Positions 47,279 through 55,819 of a stretch of 55,819 bases of DNA are shown here, one piece after another. The stretch spans positions 1-55,819 of the forward strand of contig JAAPAO010000189.1 of NCBI GenBank assembly GCA_013115145.1, in the 5' to 3' direction. The translations under genes were made by a program, and so were the position numbers. The notes under the pieces were generated by a model. That model worked only from the letters and a program-made list of their open reading frames with translations. It was not told the origin of the DNA and did not search any database. The number at the start of each line of letters is the position of its first letter. The first letter of the stretch is position 1. The stretch comes from Perkinsus chesapeaki ATCC PRA-425 (lineage: Eukaryota; Protista; Perkinsozoa).

Positions 47279-50140
47279 GTCCGATAACACGTATGTACAC
47301 TCAAAATTCTAAAAGAGAAAAAAGCAAATCAAATCTTCGTCACAAATCCCTTAGGTTTCTATGCCCGTAGAAGTGTACCCTTTGCGATGTAACTGTGACG
47401 AGCTCTCTTGAATATTGTCAGTCCCTTTAGAACGCTGTAATTTCAGGTGTCTCGAATCGTAATCAAACAAGGTTGCTACGTGTGGCTAGCCCCCCCCACG
47501 GGGATGCTCGCTCGCCCCGCGCCGCGCCAGAGCCGACAATGACTTTATAGTTGCGGCTCACTCCTCCGTATTTTCTAGAGACTGACTCAGACTGATACCG
47601 CTTATCCGCAAGTTCGCCTCACCTTAAGTCCTCACTGACCTGAAGCACCTACCTCTCATCGCCTATATGTTATCGGTAGCGCCTGATTCAAGGATATTGA
47701 CTGCTCGATCATGGATCATATATGACTCCATGTAGTTCATGCCATTGCAAAGGTCTCAATCACTACGCTCGAGGAACCGTTGCCAAATATTCCCCCTAGA
47801 AAAGCTACCCTGCTACTGGCGACGATCCGATCCCGGAAAGAACGTCCAGGAGGATCAAGGAGCCGGTCTTGTCCTACAGCATCGTCGATCTTGTTGTAGA
47901 GTGTTCCTATTCTTCGCGCCGTGACGACAACAACTAAGACAGTGTCTTCAAGACCCCCGCCTCTCAAACGAACGAACCCATTAGCCCTTTGCTGACCCAA
48001 TTTCTGACCTCCTAAGAGCATCAACGCCGACTGGAACTGAGAAGAGCGATTATCTGTCGGACGGTGTCCGACACCCTCCACCAGGTGAAGGAATCATTCG
48101 GCCGACCCTCGGAGGACGCGCCCCCCCGGCGAATTGTTCAAGAATATCTCACGAAATTTCACGACATTTCATGAAATTGCAATTTCATGCCAAATTTTAT
48201 GCAATTTAAAATCCTGAAATTTCAGGTGTAAGAGCAGGCGCATCAGCGCAACATGTCTATGAAGAAATTTGTTAGATGACTGAGGGATATGGAAAGCTGC
48301 AGAAGCTTTTTATGAGCGGAGCTTTTCTCATTTTCTCACACGCCTCATTTCGACGAGCTCTCGAGTTTGAAACGAGACTGGGATCTTCCAACTTTCGTGC
48401 GATACGTCTTCGACGCCGTGCTCTGAGGGCCACCTGTAGAGTAACTTACTCTGAGTAAGGTCGATGACGCGCGCAGTGTGGTGTGCCACGGAGACAATTC
48501 CTTTGCTCGCTCAAGGGCTCCACCGGTAGATAGCAGTAAAATCCCACCGAGTACGGGGTTCTCAGGAGTAACCTGAAACCCGAAGCCCGATCCTTATCCA
48601 TGAGGATAATCCAAATGTAATTACATCATGTAATCGGGTCGGGCGTCAGTTACCATGCACTTGATAGTTACTTGGTACAGAGATAATGCCACCAGATGGC
48701 AAGTCTAATAGGCAGGCTGGCATTACTCGATTCGCGACTTGCGAATCGGCCTTCACTATGGTAAGGTACCAAGCTACCATTAAGAGCATCGCCATACTCA
48801 GGAATAATTAGAAAAAAAATACCGTCTATATGCCGAGAACTTACGACATCTTCCCGGCATTGCTCGTTCAGATCGGTATGAGCCGTGCGGACAAGCCGCT
48901 TAAGTAAGCAATGTTCTGGTTTCTCTATGCGTGTGCTGTAACTTTTTCCTTTAGCTGACACAATCTTAGCATGTCCCTCGTGTGTTGTTTTAATTATGTC
49001 AATTGTCTCCCCGTCTGTTTACACGGGATTTCACAAACACTACTGAGTGTTTCCAGTTCTGCTATTTTAATGAATGATGGCGGGGTGCCTGAATTAGTTA
49101 TCGAGATTGCGTAATCAACGTTTGCAAGCGAAGAAGTCTTAGATTTGAAATCATTGATTTCTGGTACCTCGCGCCGCCTACACTATGAAGGCTTCACTTG
49201 GCTCGTACACCGTTTTCCCTTAAACGCTTCGGAACACTATGAAACATTGGCAATGTTACATTGCTCCGGAACAGAACACTATGTCATATCGATATTATCG
49301 ATATAGTCTCCTGAATATGAGCGTTTCTTATATTGTTGCGCGGCACTTGCCACATAATCTCCGTCAGCAGGGAGGCAACCCGTCATACATGTCTCGCCAT
49401 GCTCTCGTGCCCAATGAACTTGATAAGCTGAGCTCCTTTGCCTCTCCATACGAGGAGACGTTCGAATGTATCTTCCTACAACTTGTTGGTATCACATTCC
49501 AGCAGTGGCGTGCTGATTGATGGCGTCCATCGGATGCCATATTTCGCTTTATAGTGGGCCGTCTTGCCCGCGGGGGAGCCGGGGGGTCCACGCCTCTGTT
49601 TTTTGAGCACAGTAAAACTTAGGTTGCCCAAAGTCCACTTCAAACTCGTCAAGTTGTGTGCGGAATATGACATGTTGAGCATGCAGTTCTTTGGCTTTGT
49701 TGAAGCTTTGAGTGAAGCTCGTTCACTGGTGAAGTGTTGTAAATTGCTCTAAGTGATAACCCCACATAGTGTTCGAATACATTGTTGAATAAGCCAGCTC
49801 CTCGTCTCCCATGGGGCCATGTTCAAGTACCCTGTATCACAGTTGCGTGGACAGCGATTGTAACTTGAAGGATAGGTATCTAATGCGAGGCTATAGTCAC
49901 ATCTCGACTATCAGTTCCTGGTAGTGGCAGAAGCGGCAGCTTGCGGTATTCCACCTCCGCAGTGGTGAGCCCCGCGCCGGTGAGGAACCAAGCGCCTCCA
50001 CGCATCCTTTCCCGGTGTCTCCTTGCAAGCTCCTCGAGATAAGTTCAAGCCTTTCGGCTGAAGATCAATGGAAACCCCCGTTCCAACCATCAAGTGGTAT
50101 CTAAAATTCATCAGTTAGCTTTGAGGGAGATAAGGTTATC

Positions 50141-50757
50141 TTGAAGCGTTTCGGTAAAGTCGAAGGACCCGAGCAGTATCCATATTTTGATGTTGGTTTC
50201 GATCTCAAAGTCAACACCGCCGGTGAGGTACATATGGTGGGAAAAATGGCCGTACGTATGATTACAAGCTCACAGCTGATGACTGCAAGAAACACAGCAA
50301 CAATACAGATCTTTTCACTTGCTCGGTTTCGAGAGGTAGCAGAAACTTGGCTCGCAAGACTACTAGGCCAGGAGTTGGTCCCGTGTACTCCGGGGAGACC
50401 GGTGAACTTTTGGACTCAGCCTCAGTGTACTTCTACCGCTGGACTGATCTCGAAGGCCAATTTCATATATTTAACGCGCCTCTAGGACCTGGATCTCCTT
50501 GGGATTTCATGTACATTTCTCCGTCCTCCAGAGTTCATGAAACGAAGGACTCTGAGGGGCTAGTGATTCAGTTTAGTGACAGAGAAGGTTATGGTGGGAA
50601 ATACTTGAAAGTTACCCAGAAGTTTGTCCATGACATTGCCAAGAATGTGGTGTATCTCATACCCCTCAATAAGTCTCATCCAACAATAACGATGTATCCT
50701 CCTCCTACACGTCCTCCTTCTTGGGGAGTAGTGATGGATAACGAGTCGATTAGATAA
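50141..50757 (+). pseudogene. Frameshifted hypothetical gene
   Basis: ORF 50141-50485 is protein-like to ~50230; the frame of ORF 50347-50757 is open from ~50230 (TYGGKNGRTYDYK...); upstream sequence contains stops. Confidence 0.45.
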
Positions 50758-52260
50758 TGTAAGCTTACCAGTCATAACGAATGATTAGTCGGCTCCTGTT
50801 TTTTCAGGTGTTCGAGACCTTCTCAGGCAATCGGCAACACAGACAACCCCCACTTGCTATGTTAACCCCATTTTTCTATTATTTCTTGAAGACACGGTGA
50901 GCAGTGCCCGGAGCAAGAAGGCACGGCGCGCTCTCAAGTGCTCTTATAGACTAGCAGGTTTGCCGCTCTAAGTATACCGCTCTTTCTTTAGAATAGTGTC
51001 TAGTTCCAGTGTTTGCCGGGCTGGCTTAGCCACAGTAAATAACATTCGAGGCTTTATGAGTGCCGTTTTCGCGACACCTTGCTCAAGGATACCTCATTGT
51101 CGGATGACATCCGTCACATTGTCACACGCCTCCGCAAGAGTCTTATCTACGCGTTAGTGTCGCGGTCCGTGGCCCGTGGGGTACTCCGGATGAGAATGTC
51201 AGTCGGCTGAAGCGATTCGGCTCCTTCACGGGAGCTCTACCCATGTCATGAAAAGCACCCCATCTCTCCCGGTGTGGGCCGCACCCCATCTATCTGCACG
51301 CACCTCGTTGAGCAGCCAGGCTGATGCAGCTTCGGTTATGCCGCATATCTTGTTATGTTGACCGGATAACTTATGTGGAGCCCAAGGAGTTTATACCACG
51401 ACTAATAACTTGGACTGAATGTGGTTCACTGAGTAAATCTCACTTGACATAGTTCAACAAACTTCAGCTTTTATACCGCTGCACTTTATGCTTCATATTT
51501 TAAGCTCTTTACTGCATGTTTCCATCTTCGACACGTTGATGTACCGTACCGTACCTTTGTACTCAATAGGCTGTGATGACAGGAACATCAGACTCAAGAC
51601 GACAAAATGGTTCCTGTACCTAACCCAGCGCCTCATTGATAGACCCCATTTCCGAGGATACTTGAGTAACTCAAGTTGAGTTCAGTAAATAAACCCTAGC
51701 AAACTTCAAATGAAAGTCAACTTCATGTGAAAGTCAACCCCGCCGTAGGGTGGGTGTTCGACACTCAAAGGTTCGAGAAGTAACCTCCGAGAGCTCGTAA
51801 CGCTGCTATTTGACTGTGTAGCCACGGTGGCTAAGCCACCTCAGACATGAAAGCAGGAAGTGGAACACGCGGACCACTCGGTGTTGTTCCAAGTCGATCC
51901 TCACTAACAATATTCCGACTCGTAAGTTACGAGTCGTAACCAAACGTGAGTCTCGCACAATTCCTCAGCCAGTGCATATCCGTGGCCGCCTGCGCGGGTG
52001 CGAGGTCCTCCAGGAACGTTTAGAAAGTTGTTGGTTCGCGCTATTGCTCATCTTATTTATGCAAAAGGAAACTGAAAGTGATGAGATATTCCAGAGCCAG
52101 CTCCTATAATTGATACATACACCCCTACGGTTTGGCCCTTAATCCTGCCTAGCCTCCCGATCAACCGACACTGGGGTGGAGTCTAGTAGACTTGTTGTAG
52201 GATTCTGCGCAGTCTATGTGCATGCGTGCTAGAATAATCTATAGCTAAGCGGCCGGCGCG

Positions 52261-54902
52261 CACGGTAGGGCGATCGCTGCATTAAATAAATTAAAAAGTA
52301 CCAAATTATCTATGTATCATGAGGATCAAAATGAGCTATGTTTCGTGACAGGGAGTGCAGTAGTTAACGAGATACGGTCGGGCATGGGATTCCTATGTTA
52401 ACACAATAACACTATTTGGGAAAATAATAGAAACGAATAATGTTATGCGACACAGCTACTCTTCACTGTAACTGGCGCAGCTTCTGCGGGGTTTTTCACA
52501 ACTTGTCGAAGGCTCAGCTACTTGCTTGCGCTTAGTGTTGTATGTGGCTCCGAGATGAGCAATTCCATCAGCGTGTGACATGCAATTGATCATACTAACA
52601 CTCGCCTCTCTATTAATGGTTCCATGCAGAGACTCAATCACTTCCTCGGTGATTGACCAAGCAGCAATACCAGCATTTTCTAGGGTTCGAAGACTATCTA
52701 CTAGATGGTGAAGGAGTACATGGAGACTAAGTGTGACAGGTATATCCAGTTCAGCTATAGCTGTTTGGATCCTTTCAATTTCCTTACTCACTTCACTTAT
52801 CCAGTCATTTTCTTCACACCAATGACCATGCTCGCAATAGACCAGCTGTCGTACCCGACCCCAAGCAGCAATTATATCGGCAGCAGCAGCGTCAAACCCG
52901 GCAGCCTGCCACACATGTCCCGCATCACGCTGACCGGCGATCTTTGAAGCCAAAGCAGCACAATCCTTCCCTGTGAGAGAAACTGTCTTCAAGAAGGAGC
53001 GGTTTATTGCAGAAGACGATGTAGGCAGGGAAGATTTTATACCATAATTATCACTGAGAAACGACTCCACCTTCTGACGCTCTTCTTTGTTATTGACATA
53101 CTTCCCGAAGACAGCTTTAGCTAAGTTCATGCCAAGGTGAAGAACAGGACACGCGATAGCAACAAAAGGTGAGTCATCAAACTCAATGAGCGGATTATAC
53201 CGCTGGCCATTAACGTGGGACTTTCCCCGGCCCTTGTTGGTAGCAGCGAGTTCTCTGGCCCTGGCTGTAGTGCGCAAAGGTTCAGACTTGTCATAGACCA
53301 TCCGATACTTTTCGTAGCGACCTGAGCTTGTACAGTAAGGGCAGCCGGTTACCGTTAATCCAAGGACGACCTGAATCCATTTCATATCACCGCTAAGTAT
53401 GACCTGGTACTCTCGAAAGATGTCTTCAAGATCGGAAAATACCTTGACCATGCAATCACGCTTTTCAGCGATATCCCCAATACAGACCAAATACGGAGAC
53501 ACCTTGCTCCCTGTATCGTAGTGAGATACGTGGGTATTCACAGGCAATGCAAGAAGCTTGAAGAGTCCACCTCCGCTGTCGCCCGACAAGCGGAGAACGC
53601 ACTCGGATCCATACATCTCCTTCAAGTCGTCAACCAGATACTTGCCCATAGCAACCACGCCTCCTTCCAGCTCGAACGTGGTCCACTTAGACTTCTGTAG
53701 AGGTAGAGAGCTACTGCAGAGTAGCTATAGAGGAAAGCTGGCGGGCTAGGATGACTCGAATGCGCTCCAATGCATTGTTTGAGAGAGTTCCACTAGTCTG
53801 TATCTGGTTGAGGACATCGAGACTTATCGCAAGTCGAGATCTGGCAGGCCTTCCAAACTTCTGCTGATAAGTAGCAGGTTTACCATGCAGCTTGGGCATG
53901 GTGAACTCCTCACCCTTTCCAGCTCCTAATTGATTCCGGAAGGCAGAAGCACAGCTGGTGCTTACCTGCCCAGCAAGGTTTTCTTGCTGAGATGCGCCAA
54001 CCAGTACAGCATGTTTGCCCGAGGCGGACAAATCAGAGAATTGCAGAGGCTCAGAGCCCTCCGAGAAATCACAACTCAGCGTACCCTTAGGAACCATTAA
54101 CAAAACTGGCACGCTAGAGGAGCTGCCTGGGGCCGGAGTACTTGAGGCCGGGGCTTTATCACTGGAATTCCCTACACTCCCGACCTTCGGCCTACCAGAC
54201 TTTGAGCGCTTGATATTCTGCTTCTTAGACGTCATGTTGTCGCAGAAGTAACAAGCAGCACCTGTTTCTCCGTAGCAGTACGACAGGAATAACCAATTTA
54301 TTGGAACTTCTTTGCCACCTGGTATAGGTTCCTGGATACTAGATAACCGAGTCTTGATGCCACCCTTGAACCAGTCTTCAATATACTTTTTGGGGTCTTT
54401 TCCCAGGTGGATATTGCACGTGTTGCAAATCTGAGATGGAGCATTAGGGAGTTCCATCATCCTCGGTGTCTCATCTTTCCACACGAGTTCAATTCGGGCT
54501 TTTGTTGAGGCGCGCGAAGTCGGAGAGCCTTTGTTGTTATGCTGGTAGCCGCATAGGAAACAGAAGCGATCTTTGCACGGGATGCGAGGAGTCATGATGG
54601 AATAATACTTCCGAAAGCTGAGTAACAAAAAAGATTTACGCAAAACTTTGCGCGTTTTTGAAGCACTTCCCACTGGGAAGTGCTTCAAAAACTTCCCCGT
54701 GGGGAGTTCTCAGTGGGAAGTTCCCACGGAGTGTTAATTAGTGGAGCATGGAGAACACGCATTAACACAAGAATCCCATGCCCGACCGTATCTCGTTAAC
54801 TACTGCACTCCCTGTCACGAAACATAGCTCATTTTGATCCTCATGATACATAGATAATTTGGTACTTTTTAATTTATTTAATGCAGCGATCGCCCTACCG
54901 TG
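52261..54902 (-). mobile_element. Chapaev-like (CMC/Transib-RAG1-related) DNA transposon, 2642 bp
   Basis: Perfect 132-bp TIRs (52261-52392; 54771-54902) starting CACGG; CGGCGCG duplicated immediately outside both ends (52254-52260; 54903-54909); internal transposase. Confidence 0.95.
52456..54595 (-). CDS. Chapaev-like DDE transposase split over two frames (54595-53711 and ~53694-52456)
   Basis: N-terminal Zn motifs FCFLCG, APSQICNTC, CYFC. Core LRLSGDSG (D1), SGDMK (D2), CPYC, PVLHLG, LTGKDC, LHVLLHH, TEEVIESLH (E). These parallel Chapaev3 motifs WRLFIDSS, CGDLK, LPPLHIKLG, KIHFLHSH, SDEQGERFH (recalled). Confidence 0.88.
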
Positions 54903-55819
54903 CGGCGCGGTTGGTTATTCGCCTGCCCTTGGTGTGTTCTTGGTTATCACTCCTATCCCTAGCGTAAGCTAACTATCCCTCAAGGTCCCTCCTGTTGTGT
55001 TAACGCATCTGAGCCTCTAGTCCTACATCAACTAACTACTTAACCGAACCCGATAACAGACTGGTAGACTCCGTCTACTCTGCGAAGGATAGACTGGTGA
55101 CATTAGGAGTAACCCTCGAGCAGCGTCGGGTCGTACACTCGGTGTTCACAGCAGTAGACTGAGGCCTGTCTGCTTAGCATGCTAACGGAGACTGGTTCTC
55201 GTTACCTGCCTACTTGCCATCATTGATGCCGCATCAATAACGCTTGTTGTATGTTTTATTTGGCCAAGACTCCTTCAAAATACGGGAGACAGCTCTCACG
55301 ATGGGCTTGCCAAGCACTGCTCATTCGCGACAACCGTCACGACACACTGAATACCTCCGCTGGTCTTGTGGCAACACAGCGGAATCAAAACGACTCGAGC
55401 TTTCATAGACTCGGTTCTATGGAATGTTGATGGAGTATTTCTGTGTATATCGGGGCCAATCTGGACACATACTAAAAGACTTATAGTCATGAATGTCGTA
55501 TAACTAGCTTCAGCTTACGCAGCCAACATCAACATTCATACCGATCATTGAATGAGTTTCGTGTTTGACATTACGAGAAAATCACCAAGTTGAGTTGAAA
55601 ATAGGAGAAGCCTCCCCCGGTGAGGTAGCTCTGAACTCGTCTATTCTTATGGTTCACTAAAAAACGTTTCTCGATTATATGGTAACAGTTTTTCAGCAAA
55701 CGCGTTGGCCTCACTATGTCAACTCCTTTGTTGGACCATACTAAGCGTGGAGGATACTCCCTCCTGCCTGCGCACGCTGAATATTGTGATAAGTATCTTA
55801 GTGCATATCTTTGCATGAA

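Noticed and set aside
47737-48081. ORF with a possible RT-like DTVLVVVVTAR segment
   Set aside because: No YADD or PQG motif; cannot be supported without a search.
49178-49785. Repeated ACACTATG (ProtoRAG-heptamer-like)
   Set aside because: Irregular spacing, no nonamer, TIR or TSD context.
51916-51936. Perfect 10-bp palindrome CGACTCGTAA-G-TTACGAGTCG; also hairpin 25081-25105
   Set aside because: Real but isolated; no Helitron end or other context to assign a function.
23-55816. Most short ORFs in the supplied track (e.g. 4138-4383, 5064-5336, 26421-26738, 34288-34704, 54015-54251)
   Set aside because: Antisense or alternate-frame shadows of better-supported genes, or read-through across introns.
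1-55819. Spliced-leader RNA gene or SL relics (ACCGTAGCCATCTTGGCTCAAG type), rRNA, snRNA
   Set aside because: No match seen by eye on either strand; degenerate copies could have been missed.

Overview
Eukaryotic nuclear DNA, most likely a Perkinsus-like alveolate. This is inferred from compact genes with ~40-90 nt GT-AG introns, intronless secreted-protein families and a pepsin-like gene; no database check was possible. The left part (1-33 kb) is intron-dense housekeeping genes: dymeclin-like, TPR, a conserved coiled-coil protein, tRNA-Ile(TAT), VPS25, a P-loop kinase, a secreted EF-hand protein and a Pus7/TruD-like gene. Secreted-protein genes are interspersed, including a duplicated pair. 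The right part is mostly degraded sequence, secreted genes/pseudogenes and a young DNA transposon. Two observations stand out. (1) About a dozen tRNA-like modules (B-box/T-arm plus T-tract, both orientations) lie in or next to predicted spliceosomal introns, and several introns consist of almost nothing else. Splicing them out restores the conserved Pus7 and VPS25 reading frames. (2) A 2,642-bp Chapaev-like (RAG1/Transib-related DDE) transposon has perfect 132-bp TIRs and an apparent 7-bp TSD, atypical for that group. Also noted: apparently catalytically dead Pus7 and pepsin paralogs, and short motifs shared between introns of unrelated genes. All gene models were spliced and translated by hand; family motifs are recalled from memory, not searched.
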